Assembly (NCBI RefSeq): GCF_030518215.1
Contig: NZ_JAULRT010000060.1
Span: forward strand, 374,212 to 398,211
Direction: 5' to 3'
Length of the DNA: 24,000 nt
Source: Gilvimarinus algae
GTDB taxonomy: Bacteria > Pseudomonadota > Gammaproteobacteria > Pseudomonadales > Cellvibrionaceae
Made by a program: the position numbers and the translations under genes. Shown piece after piece: positions 8,334-16,120 of this stretch (the first letter of the stretch is position 1; each line of letters begins with the position of its first letter). Under the pieces are notes generated by a model, which was not told the origin of the DNA, made no database searches, and was given only the letters and a program-made list of their open reading frames with translations.

Positions 8334-9185
8334 CTAAGCGACGTGGTGTCGACTTTCCCCCGCTTTGGTTTGGTTGTCGCGGCGCGCGCCAATGGGTTCG
8401 ATTTTTCTCTGCTTCTCGTACAAAAAGCGCAGCACCGCACTGCGGTAATGGTTGTAGTCGGCATTGTCCGCCAAGGCGAGGCGATCCCTGGGGCGCGGCA
8501 GATCCACTTCGAGGATTTCCCCGATGGTGGCGGCCGGACCGTTGGTCATCATCACGATGCGATCGGACAGCAGCACCGCCTCGTCTACATCGTGGGTGAT
8601 CATGATCACGGTGTTGCCGAGTTCCGCTTGGATCTCCATCAGCGAATCCTGCAGGTGGGCGCGGGTCAGCGCGTCCAGCGCGCCAAAGGGCTCGTCCATC
8701 AATAGCACCTGCGGTTCCATGGCCAGTGCCCGGGCAATACCCACGCGCTGCTTCATGCCACCTGAAATTTCATCGGGTTTTTTGTGCATGGCGTGACTCA
8801 TTTGCACCAGCTCGAGATTGTGTTCAATCCACTCGCGCATTTCGCGGCGCGATTTGCTCCGGCCGAACACCCGCTTTACCGCCAGCTCCACGTTTTGATA
8901 GGCACTGAGCCAGGGCAGCAGTGAATGGTTTTGAAAGACTACGGCGCGCTCGGGGCCTGGCTCATTGACTTCACGCCCATTCAAAACCACGCCGCCGCTG
9001 GAGGCTTGATACAGGCCGGCGACAATATTGAGGACGGTGGACTTGCCGCAGCCGGAGTGGCCAATCAGCGAGACAAACTCACCCTTGGCGACTTTTAAGT
9101 CCACGTCTTTCAGTGCGCAAAATGGACCCTTGGGCGTAGGGAAACTGATGCCGACGCGCGACAGTTCAAGGTGTGGGTTGTTCAT
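8334..9185 (-). CDS. nrtD: Nitrate/nitrite ABC transporter ATP-binding protein (NrtD/NasD type)
   Basis: It has Walker A GHSGCGKST, the signature ISGGMKQRVGIARAL and Walker B LLMDEPFGALD. FQNHSLLPWLSAYQNV is typical of the NitT/TauT ATPase family. GGAG lies upstream of the ATG. It immediately follows the nitrate-type permease. Confidence 0.85.
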   Translation of the reverse strand: MNNPHLELSRVGISFPTPKGPFCALKDVDLKVAKGEFVSLIGHSGCGKSTVLNIVAGLYQASSGGVVLNGREVNEPGPERAVVFQNHSLLPWLSAYQNVELAVKRVFGRSKSRREMREWIEHNLELVQMSHAMHKKPDEISGGMKQRVGIARALAMEPQVLLMDEPFGALDALTRAHLQDSLMEIQAELGNTVIMITHDVDEAVLLSDRIVMMTNGPAATIGEILEVDLPRPRDRLALADNADYNHYRSAVLRFLYEKQRKIEPIGARRDNQTKAGESRHHVA

Positions 9186-9194
9186 AGTGATCTC

Positions 9195-10181
9195 CTAGCG
9201 CACGATGGCGCTTTTGTCCCAGTTGACCCAGCTTTGGATAAACAGCAGGGCGCGATCGAGCAAAAAGCCGATAAAGCCAATCATCAACACGGCGACGCAA
9301 ATACGTCCCAGTGAATCGGAAGAGCCGTTTTGAAATTCGTCCCAGACAAATTTGCCGAGCCCGGGGTTTTGCGCGAGCATCTCCGCAGCGATCAGTACCA
9401 TCCAGGCAATGCCGAGTGACAGGCGCAGGCCGGTAAACATCATGGGAATGGCCGATGGCAGCACAATGGTTTTTACGTGGGTAAACCAGCCTAGGCGCAG
9501 CACCCGGCTGACGTTTTTCAGATCCTGATTAATGCTGGCCACGCCCACGGCAGTGTTGATCATGGTTGGCCAAAGACAGCACAAGGTGACGGTGACCACC
9601 GAGGTGATAAAGGACTTGGCCAGCATAGGGTCGTCGGTGACGTAGACCGCGCTCACCACCATGGTTACCAGCGGCAGCCAGGCCAGCGGTGATACCGGTT
9701 TAAAAATCTGAATGATCGGGTTGAGTGCACGGTAGACCGTGTTACTGAGGCCAATGCAGATACCCATGGGAATGGCGATCAGGGTTGCGAGGACAAAGCC
9801 CGTCATGACCGTGATAAGGCTGGTAATAATCTGGTCAAAAAAAGTCGGCCGGCGATTGAACTCGCGCTGGGAAATGTCCGCCGCGGGATTCTTGGCCAGC
9901 TTCTTGGCATTGCGCTCATCCTGGCGCTGGTAAAAGGCCGCTTCGCGTTGGTTCTCGGCGCGGTGTTCGCCGAGCAGGTTTTGCCATTGCTCCTTGACTT
10001 GTACCGGCCCCGGAAACTGACCGAGGGAGGTGTCCACTTGCTGCGCGCCCAAATGCCAAACGCCGAGAAACAGCGCCAGACCAATAGCGGGTATGAGCAG
10101 CGCTTTGGCCAATGCCTGCCATTGGGCTTTGCCGAAGTGAGTGTGTTGCCATTTTTGGCGTATTGCGATGGCGGGGTTCAT
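9195..10181 (-). CDS. nrtB: Nitrate ABC transporter permease (NrtB/NasE type)
   Basis: This is a 328-aa polytopic protein with a long N-terminal periplasmic/loop region, as seen in NrtB. Its permease core is VSRVLRLGWFTHVKTIVLPSAIPMMFTGLRLSLGIAWMVLIAAEM. GAGGAA lies upstream of the ATG. It sits between nrtA and nrtD. Confidence 0.9.
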   Translation of the reverse strand: MNPAIAIRQKWQHTHFGKAQWQALAKALLIPAIGLALFLGVWHLGAQQVDTSLGQFPGPVQVKEQWQNLLGEHRAENQREAAFYQRQDERNAKKLAKNPAADISQREFNRRPTFFDQIITSLITVMTGFVLATLIAIPMGICIGLSNTVYRALNPIIQIFKPVSPLAWLPLVTMVVSAVYVTDDPMLAKSFITSVVTVTLCCLWPTMINTAVGVASINQDLKNVSRVLRLGWFTHVKTIVLPSAIPMMFTGLRLSLGIAWMVLIAAEMLAQNPGLGKFVWDEFQNGSSDSLGRICVAVLMIGFIGFLLDRALLFIQSWVNWDKSAIVR

Positions 10182-10229
10182 AGCCAGTTCCTCGTTGAAA
10201 AGCGGGCGCCTGACGGCGCCCGGATGAAT

Positions 10230-11636
10230 TTACAGAGTGTCCTCGGCTTTTAAGCCGATATTCAGGGTTTGCAAATACTCGGTGGGCTTGCGGCCATCGT
10301 AAGTAATGCCGTCAATAAACTCCGGTTGCGGTCCCTTAAAGCCGGACTCAGAGGTAAAGTCGGGGAACTCGTCAGCGCTGGCCTCGCCATCCTCAATCAG
10401 CGCTTTGGCGGCGGAGGCGTAGATGTCCGGGCGGTAGACTTTCTTGGCTGTTTCAAAGTACCAGTCGTCGTCTTTGTGCTCGGCAATCTGGCCCCAGCGG
10501 CGCATCTGCGTGAGGTACCAGATCGCGTCCGAGTAATAGGGGTAGGTGGCGTGGTAGCGGAAAAACACATTAAAGTCCGGCACTGAACGCTTATCACCTT
10601 TTTCGTATTCGAAGGTGCCGGTCATGGAGTTGGCAATCACCTCGGCATCGGCGCCCACGTAATACGGCTTCGAGAGTATCTCTACCGCCTCGGGGCGATT
10701 GGCGTTGTCGTTGGCATCCAGCCATTTGGCGGCGCGAATCAATGCTTTGGTTAAGCGCACAGTGGTGTTCGGGTATTTTTCGGCAAATTCTTTGGTGATG
10801 CCGAAGACTTTCTCGGGGTTGTTTTTCCAGATTTCGTAGTCGGTAATCACCGGTACGCCTATACCTTTGAAAACCGCCTGTTGATTCCAGGGCTCACCGA
10901 CGCAGTAACCGTAGATGGTGCCGGCTTCCATGGTCGAGGGCATTTGCGGCGGCGGGGTAACGCTCAGCAGCGCATCGGCTTGCAGTTGACCAGAGGTGTC
11001 CCCTTTGTGCGGCGCGTAGAAGCCCGGGTGTATGCCGCCGGCCGCCAGCCAGTAGCGCAATTCGTAATTGTGAGTGGATACCGGAAATACCATGCCCAGG
11101 TTGAATGGCTTGCCTTCTTTTTTATAGGCCTCTACCACGGGTTTGAGCGCATCGGCTTTAATCGGGTGTACCGGCTTGCCGTCGGCGCGCTTGGCAATGT
11201 GCGGCTTCATTTGTTCCCAGACAGCGTTAGAAACCGTGATGCCATTGCCGTTCAGGTCCATGGAAAACGGCGTAATAATATGAGCCTTGGTGCCAAAGCC
11301 GATGGTGGCCGCCAGGGGTTGTCCGGCGAGCATATGAGCGCCGTCCAACTCACCGGTAATGACCCGATCCAGCAGTACTTTCCAGTTGGCTTGAGCCTCC
11401 AGTTCGACAAACAAACCCTCGTCTTCGAAATAGCCTTTTTCAAAGGCGATCGCCAGCGGGGCCATATCGGTCAGCTTAATAAAGCCGAATTTTAAGTCTT
11501 CTTTTTCAGGCTCGCCGACAGCGAATGCCTGCGCACCCAAGCACACTGCGGCAAAGCCCGCCAGGATGTTTATCAGTGGTTTAAGCCAGCGCTTTATCGG
11601 TTGTTGTCTTCGCTTTGTGCTGTTTGGTGTGATCAT
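10230..11636 (-). CDS. nrtA: Nitrate/nitrite ABC transporter substrate-binding protein (NrtA/CmpA/NasF family)
   Basis: The ORF is 468 aa. The N-terminal signal region is [94 protein letters not shown] is the characteristic NrtA-family start. GGGAG lies 8 nt upstream of the ATG. Confidence 0.9.
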   Translation of the reverse strand: MITPNSTKRRQQPIKRWLKPLINILAGFAAVCLGAQAFAVGEPEKEDLKFGFIKLTDMAPLAIAFEKGYFEDEGLFVELEAQANWKVLLDRVITGELDGAHMLAGQPLAATIGFGTKAHIITPFSMDLNGNGITVSNAVWEQMKPHIAKRADGKPVHPIKADALKPVVEAYKKEGKPFNLGMVFPVSTHNYELRYWLAAGGIHPGFYAPHKGDTSGQLQADALLSVTPPPQMPSTMEAGTIYGYCVGEPWNQQAVFKGIGVPVITDYEIWKNNPEKVFGITKEFAEKYPNTTVRLTKALIRAAKWLDANDNANRPEAVEILSKPYYVGADAEVIANSMTGTFEYEKGDKRSVPDFNVFFRYHATYPYYSDAIWYLTQMRRWGQIAEHKDDDWYFETAKKVYRPDIYASAAKALIEDGEASADEFPDFTSESGFKGPQPEFIDGITYDGRKPTEYLQTLNIGLKAEDTL

Positions 11637-11665
11637 AAGTGACTCCCGTTCCCCAATGAATCAAT

Positions 11666-11713
11666 AAAAAAGGCGCACACCGCAGGCCCGGTTTCCCGGT
11701 TGCGATGGACGCC
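11666..11713 (-). terminator. Leader intrinsic terminator (attenuator) upstream of nrtA
   Basis: The minus-strand RNA is GGCGUCCAUCGCA-A-CCGG-GAAA-CCGG-GCC-UGCGGUGUGCGCC followed by UUUUUU (A-run at 11666-11671 on the plus strand). This is a long GC-rich imperfect hairpin with a GAAA-tipped inner helix. It ends 30 nt before the nrtA ATG. Confidence 0.65.
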
Positions 11714-11745
11714 TTTGTCCGATGAGCAGTAACCGCCGTTGGCAC
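11707..11745 (-). promoter_or_regulatory. Putative ANTAR (NasT) target: two tandem hexaloop hairpins, the second overlapping the terminator 5' arm
   Basis: Hairpin 1 (11729-11745) is GUGCC[AACGGC]GGU(U)AC. Hairpin 2 (11707-11720) is GGAC[AAAGGC]GUCC. Both loops are 6 nt with A at position 1 and G at position 4, the pattern described for ANTAR-binding RNAs. The sequence GGCGUCC, shared between hairpin 2 and the terminator, makes the two structures mutually exclusive. Confidence 0.55.
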
Positions 11746-11775
11746 TTGCCCCTTTGTGTTTGCCCTATGGCTATT

Positions 11776-11790
11776 TCAAAGGCTGTGCCA
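11776..11790 (-). promoter_or_regulatory. Putative sigma54 (-24/-12) promoter of the nrtA operon
   Basis: The minus strand reads TGGCACagcctTTGAa. The -24 element TGGCAC is perfect and the N5 spacing is correct. The -12 element is TTGA versus consensus TTGC (one mismatch). Confidence 0.5.
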
Positions 11791-11930
11791 AGCTAGCAGC
11801 CAACTTAAGAAAAATGCCGGCTCGCCAAAAGTGTGCGTCGCTCGAGGGTGAATCAGCTAGGTAAAAGCGAAATTTGCCCAATATGCACCTTGTTGAGCCG
11901 CGATGTTTTTTCTGACGCAGAGAAAGGCGC

Positions 11931-11954
11931 TATAAAAGTGCGCCCGTCACGGGC
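11931..11954 (-). terminator. Weak candidate terminator downstream of nasT
   Basis: The minus strand reads GCCCG-UGA-CGGGC followed by GCACUUUUAUA. The stem is only 5 bp, and the site lies 117 nt after the nasT stop. The alternative pairing GGCGC...GCGCC (11926-11944) overlaps it. Confidence 0.3.
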
Positions 11955-11960
11955 AAATCG

Positions 11961-11998
11961 TGGACAACGCTGGTGCACGATTGCGAGCTTGTGGTGCG
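11961..11998 (-). promoter_or_regulatory. Two NtrC-like enhancer sites upstream of the sigma54 promoter
   Basis: On the minus strand, TGCACCagcgtTGTCCA (11961-11977) matches 10/12 of TGCACC-N5-GGTGCA. CGCACCacaagCTCGCA (11982-11998) matches 8/12. Their centres are 21 bp apart, ~175-210 bp upstream of the -24 element. Confidence 0.35.
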
Positions 11999-12070
11999 CC
12001 GGTTTGTCGGGCCGCGGTCGAATCGCGGCGGCGGGGAATTGGTCGGGCTTGAAGGGGTGGGGTTGGCGTT

Positions 12071-12637
12071 TTACAGCAGTGACTGCATGGCGAGAATCTG
12101 GCGGGCGAGATCGCCGATACGCTCTTGGCGCTTCATGGCTTCGCGGCGCAGCTTTTGGTAGGCGTCGTCTTCACTCAGTCCCTGGGCCTGCATCAAAACG
12201 CCTTTGGCTTTTTCAATGTCCTGCCGGTCGGCCAACTGTCGGCGGGTACTGGCTAATGCTTTTAGCAATTGGCGGTCGCGCTGATGACGTGCAAGCGCCG
12301 TACTCAGGACCACCGCTAAGCGACCTCCCTCGAGCTTGCCGGTAATAAAGGTGGTAACGCCGCAGGCAATGGCGCTGCGCGAATCTTCTTCGCTGGCGTG
12401 GCGACAGATCACGATGCAGGGCAGGTCGCTTTGCGCCAACCGCGTTTGCAGATGACTCATTAAGGTAGGGCACCATTGCTTTGTCTCAACAATCAGTAGC
12501 GCCTCGCTAGCGCCCGGGCAGCCGGTCAGCTCATCGAGTGTGGCCTGGGTAAACTGCCGGCAGCCCGGCCAGGCTTTGAGCCCGCCCGCCAATAGCCCCG
12601 GTAACTGGGGATCAACCAGATAGAAAATGTGCGTCAT
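12071..12637 (-). CDS. nasT: ANTAR-domain antiterminator with N-terminal receiver-like domain (NasT type)
   Basis: The C-terminal ANTAR signature is RRQLADRQDIEKAKGVLMQAQGLSEDDAYQKLRREAMKRQERIGDLARQILAMQ. The N-terminal ~120 aa has a CheY-like alternating pattern. I chose the start at the ATG at 12635-12637 because a strong GGGAGG lies 6-7 nt upstream. The ORF track start at 12721 adds 28 unlikely residues. Confidence 0.85.
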   Translation of the reverse strand: MTHIFYLVDPQLPGLLAGGLKAWPGCRQFTQATLDELTGCPGASEALLIVETKQWCPTLMSHLQTRLAQSDLPCIVICRHASEEDSRSAIACGVTTFITGKLEGGRLAVVLSTALARHQRDRQLLKALASTRRQLADRQDIEKAKGVLMQAQGLSEDDAYQKLRREAMKRQERIGDLARQILAMQSLL

Positions 12638-12754
12638 ATCGCCCTCCCTTCGCAGCCACTTGAGCAAGTTATGTACCATTTCCAGCGGCGGGAGACGTGC
12701 GCGCTTGTGGGGCAATAGCAACTATACTGACAGTGAGAAGGTGAGGGCCATGCG

Positions 12755-13873
12755 ATGCACAACAGAGCCCGACAAGGCTGGCTAAATGTCTTTCTGGCCG
12801 CCGCGCTGGGCACGGCGGTGGGTTGTAGCTCATTGCCCGTTAATGAGGTGGTGCCCGCACCGGACTCTGCGCTGATTGCCGCAGCCTTAACGGGCAGCCC
12901 CCTGGCGCTTGAACAAACGGTAGTGGTTACTGAAAACCCGGACACCCTGCTATCGCTGACGCCCGCCATGGCGCATTTTGCCGAGCAAAGTGTGAGGGGC
13001 TATGCCAAGGATGCGGCCCGCACTCAGGCTCTGCACCGGGCCTTGATCGACCCGCCGGAAGCCGGCGGCCTGGGCATGCGCTACCATGCAGCGGCGACAC
13101 TCACGCCGCAACAGGTGTTTGTGCGCCGCGAGGCCAATTGCCTGAGCTTTTCACTGCTGTTTGTCGCCATGGCCCGGCATGTGGGGCTCAGGGCCAGTGT
13201 CAATGATGTATCCATTCCGCCCGCCTGGGATATGACCGGTGACCGGGTGCAGTTTATGCGCCACGTCAACGCCAAGGTGGACTTGCGTTTTAGTACCGAT
13301 GCCATAGTGGTGGATTTGGACTTGCCCAATTACCGGCCCTACTACGCCCAGCGGCTGATCTCTGATGCCACCGCGAAAAGCCAGTACTACAATAACCGCG
13401 CCATGGCCGACAAGGCGCGGGCCGCGACCCTGGCCGAGCGCTTCTACAACTTAAAACAGGCTCTGGCGCTGGACGATAGTCAGAGTTTTTTATGGGACAA
13501 CCTCGCCTCGTTATACTGGCGCGCCGGGCACTTATCCATTGCTGAGGCCCTATACCTCAAGGCGTTGGAGACCAACCCGCGGGATCTCACCGCTATCTGG
13601 AATCTCAGTGAGCTCTCGCGCCAGCTGGGCAAACCAGATACGGCGGACGAGCTGGCCGAGCTTGCCAGCGACTATCGCGACGCCAACCCCTATTATCAAT
13701 ACCGCCTGGCCAGCCGGTATTTTCTGCAGGCGGACTACGCCGAGGCCGCCACGAGCATCGAGTCGGCCATTAAAATGCAGCCCAACGAGAAGCGCTTTTA
13801 TCAGCTGGCCGCCGATATTTATGAGACCATGGGCCTCGAGGCCAAGCAGTCGCGGGCGCTTAGCCACCTGTAA
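12755..13873 (+). CDS. Lipoprotein with transglutaminase-like (papain-fold) core and C-terminal TPR repeats
   Basis: The signal peptide has a lipobox-like end (LAAALGTAVGC). The transglutaminase-core-like motif is REANCLSFSLLFVAMARHVGLRA, followed by RHVNAKVDL and VVDLD, which are possible His and Asp positions. The C-terminal half has TPR-like repeats (WDNLASLYWRAGHLSIAEALYLKALETNPRD..., YQYRLASRYFLQADYAEAATSIESAIKMQPNE...). Confidence 0.65.
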   Translation: MHNRARQGWLNVFLAAALGTAVGCSSLPVNEVVPAPDSALIAAALTGSPLALEQTVVVTENPDTLLSLTPAMAHFAEQSVRGYAKDAARTQALHRALIDPPEAGGLGMRYHAAATLTPQQVFVRREANCLSFSLLFVAMARHVGLRASVNDVSIPPAWDMTGDRVQFMRHVNAKVDLRFSTDAIVVDLDLPNYRPYYAQRLISDATAKSQYYNNRAMADKARAATLAERFYNLKQALALDDSQSFLWDNLASLYWRAGHLSIAEALYLKALETNPRDLTAIWNLSELSRQLGKPDTADELAELASDYRDANPYYQYRLASRYFLQADYAEAATSIESAIKMQPNEKRFYQLAADIYETMGLEAKQSRALSHL

Positions 13874-13931
13874 ACGGAACTTGCCCGCCGCCGGCCGATC
13901 AAAACCGATTCCCGTTTATTGAGCGAAAATC

Positions 13932-14810
13932 ATGTTGACCTCTCTCAGGCGCCTAAGCAGTTTCTGCATTGTTGCTCTGACATTGTCGGCAGCGCTCGGC
14001 GCTCAGGCGCTGGAGTCGGCCTCCGACGAGTCCGCTGGTTTGACGACCCTGGCCGTGACCGCGGAGCAGTGTATCGGCGAGTTGCGCAGCAGCCGGGAGC
14101 GGGCCTACCCCGATACCTACCCCTTGCCCGACGAGTTGCGGGTGATGAGCTGGAACATCTACAAAGCCCAGCGTGAGCAGCTGTTGAGCGATTTACAGGC
14201 GCTGAGTGAGCAGGCGGATATCCTGCTGTTGCAGGAAGCTTTTGCCGATGAGCGCTTATCGGCGCTCAAACCCCACTGGCGCTTTGCGCCCGGCTATCGC
14301 GATGGCGACTTACAAACCGGCGTGCTCACTCTCAGCCAGTGGCCGGCGGCGGTGCACTGCCACCTCACTCACACTGAGCCCTGGCTGCGCACGCCCAAGG
14401 CCACTAATATTGTCGAGTATGTGTTGGCCGGCGACGAGCGGCTGCTGGTGGTCAATCTGCATGCGATTAACTTTGAGCTCAGCACCGACAGCTACCGCGA
14501 GCAACTTATGGCGGCCGTGGGAATCTTGCAAGAGCATCCGGGTCCGGCCATTTTTGCAGGCGATCTCAACAGCTGGAGCGATACGCGCCGCGCCCTGTTA
14601 ACCGAGCTGCTCGAGCCGCTCGGCCTGCAGCCGGCGCTGTTTGACGAGGACAACCGCACCCGCGCCTTCGGTCTGGCGCTGGATCACGTCTGGACGCGCG
14701 GTGTGAGCATCAGCGCTTCCAGTGTGCCCCAGTACACAAGCTCGGATCACAACCCACTGCTGGTCACTCTTGAGCTGGAGGGCGTGAATCGTGTGGCAGA
14801 AAACCGCTAA
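13932..14810 (+). CDS. Exported endonuclease/exonuclease/phosphatase (EEP) family protein, YafD (UPF0294)-like
   Basis: The signal peptide is MLTSLRRLSSFCIVALTLSAALGAQA. The EEP motifs occur in order: LRVMSWNIYK, ILLLQEA, LLVVNLHAINF, IFAGDLNSW, LDHVW, SSDHNPLLVTLEL. The motif order and spacing resemble E. coli YafD as I remember it. Confidence 0.85.
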   Translation: MLTSLRRLSSFCIVALTLSAALGAQALESASDESAGLTTLAVTAEQCIGELRSSRERAYPDTYPLPDELRVMSWNIYKAQREQLLSDLQALSEQADILLLQEAFADERLSALKPHWRFAPGYRDGDLQTGVLTLSQWPAAVHCHLTHTEPWLRTPKATNIVEYVLAGDERLLVVNLHAINFELSTDSYREQLMAAVGILQEHPGPAIFAGDLNSWSDTRRALLTELLEPLGLQPALFDEDNRTRAFGLALDHVWTRGVSISASSVPQYTSSDHNPLLVTLELEGVNRVAENR

Positions 14811-15177
14811 GTGGTTCTGGGTGGTCTGGCTGTTAGTGGTGGCGGAGCGCTCTCTGGCCGAATCCGAGGCGCAGCGGGAGATTACCGGCCTGATTCAACA
14901 TGTGGCCCAAAGCGGCGTGGTGTTTATTCGCAACGGCTCCGAGCACACGGCCGAGGAGGCCGCCGACCATCTGGCCATGAAGTACCGCCGGGCCAGCCGC
15001 TACGCGAGCACCGCCGAGGAGTTTATCGACAATCTGGCGAGCAAAAGCTCGATCACCGGCAGACCCTACCAGGTGCGCCTGGCGGACGGCACACAGATGC
15101 GGGCGGGCCAGTGGTTGCACACTGCCTTGCAGAGTCTGCGCCTGCAGCGCGCGGCAATGACCGATGCCAAGCCCTGA
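14791..15177 (+). CDS. DUF5329-like small exported protein
   Basis: The start is GTG with GGAGGG 8 nt upstream, and it overlaps the EEP gene end by 20 nt. The N-terminus is hydrophobic (WFWVVWLLVVAERSLA). The core EITGLIQHVAQSGVVFIRNGSEHTAEEAADHLAMKYRRA...TAEEFIDNLASKSSITGRPYQVRL matches my recollection of the DUF5329 pattern (FIRNG...A..HL..K....TAE.FI...AS.SS.SG.PY). Confidence 0.6.
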   Translation: MWQKTAKWFWVVWLLVVAERSLAESEAQREITGLIQHVAQSGVVFIRNGSEHTAEEAADHLAMKYRRASRYASTAEEFIDNLASKSSITGRPYQVRLADGTQMRAGQWLHTALQSLRLQRAAMTDAKP

Positions 15178-16120
15178 TATGAGGACCAGCGAAGAGGCTT
15201 CGCAAGACTCAGCCCTGCTGCTGGCCGCCTTAGAAAAAGGTGTGGAGCGCTATTTTGCCGAGTGTCGCGCCCGCGTCCCCGCGTTTGTGAAGCGCCACTT
15301 TCGCTACCCCGGCGCCTGGTACACCAACCGCCAGTCGCTGGGGTGGGACATGTTGCGCTCTCCGCTCAATTTACTTTGGGTACCGGTTTACCTGCTCGCT
15401 CAGTGTCTGGCTTGGCTGGCGCAGCGCCTCGGCCTCGCATGGCCGACGCGCTGGCTGCGCCGGGTGCCCAGCGGTATGCGTACCCGTGTCCAGCGCTATC
15501 TGATCGAGCGCACCGAGGCGGAGCTGCTGGGCCGGGCGGCCGGGGTAAACCCGCTGCGCGAAGCGATTGCCGAGGCTATTGTCGAAACCCAGGGGCTGGG
15601 TCAGCTCAGTGAGGAGCGCGAGGCGCAGTTGGAAAAGAGCCTGGTGGATGCCCTGTCGCAGTACGCTCTGACGCGCACGGCCAATGCCGATATCAGCAAT
15701 ACCGTGTTCGCCACCGTCGCCGGTGCCTTCACCCTACAAAAGTTCACCCCGGGCGGCATCGCCATCGGTATGTCCTTGGCGGGGCTGCTCGCCAACCGCC
15801 TGGCTGCGCTCGACTTTATCTTTGGCCCCTGGCTCGGCCGGTGGTACTACGCGCTCTTTCCCGTCTCGCCCGATGCCTGCCTGGTGCTGGTCTCCACCGC
15901 CGGGGTGATGCTGTTAATGGCGGTGTTTGCCTGCTTTTCGGGTTTGGTGTCCGACCCGCTGCAGAGTCTTACCGGTATACATCAGCGCCGGCTCAAGCGG
16001 ATGATTGACAGCCTCGAGCGCGACCTCAAAGCGCGCACGACTGGCAGCTTTCGGCCCAAAGACGCCTATCTGGCGCGCTTGATGGATATTATCGATGCTG
16101 CCCGGGTAGGGATGGCCTAG
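15164..16120 (+). CDS. Multi-pass membrane protein of unknown function
   Basis: The ORF is 318 aa. Its ATG at 15164 overlaps the previous stop by 14 nt; the alternative in-frame ATG at 15179 lies 1 nt after that stop. The N-terminus is soluble (ALLLAALEKGVERYFAECRARVPAFVKRHFRYPGAWYTN). Three or four hydrophobic helices follow (LNLLWVPVYLLAQCLAWLA, GGIAIGMSLAGLLANRLAAL, CLVLVSTAGVMLLMAVFACFSGLV), then a charged C-terminal tail. I do not recognise the family. Confidence 0.6.
   Translation: MPSPDMRTSEEASQDSALLLAALEKGVERYFAECRARVPAFVKRHFRYPGAWYTNRQSLGWDMLRSPLNLLWVPVYLLAQCLAWLAQRLGLAWPTRWLRRVPSGMRTRVQRYLIERTEAELLGRAAGVNPLREAIAEAIVETQGLGQLSEEREAQLEKSLVDALSQYALTRTANADISNTVFATVAGAFTLQKFTPGGIAIGMSLAGLLANRLAALDFIFGPWLGRWYYALFPVSPDACLVLVSTAGVMLLMAVFACFSGLVSDPLQSLTGIHQRRLKRMIDSLERDLKARTTGSFRPKDAYLARLMDIIDAARVGMA

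Noticed and set aside
11833-12345. A 170-aa plus-strand ORF spanning the nrtA-nasT intergenic region and the nasT 3' end.
   Set aside because: It is antisense to the well-supported ANTAR domain. Its product is Arg/Gly/Trp-rich with no motif, and the region is better explained by promoter and enhancer elements.
12638-12721. The 28-codon N-terminal extension of nasT in the ORF track.
   Set aside because: A strong GGGAGG Shine-Dalgarno precedes the internal ATG at 12635-12637, and receiver-domain beta1 starts right after it. The extension has no RBS.
12726-12738. The small palindrome TACTGACAGTGAG (ACTG-A-CAGT) in the nasT/lipoprotein intergenic region, which vaguely resembles the PadR half-site.
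   Set aside because: It has only 4-bp arms and does not match the ATACTnTGTG half-site beyond ACTG. This is expected by chance.
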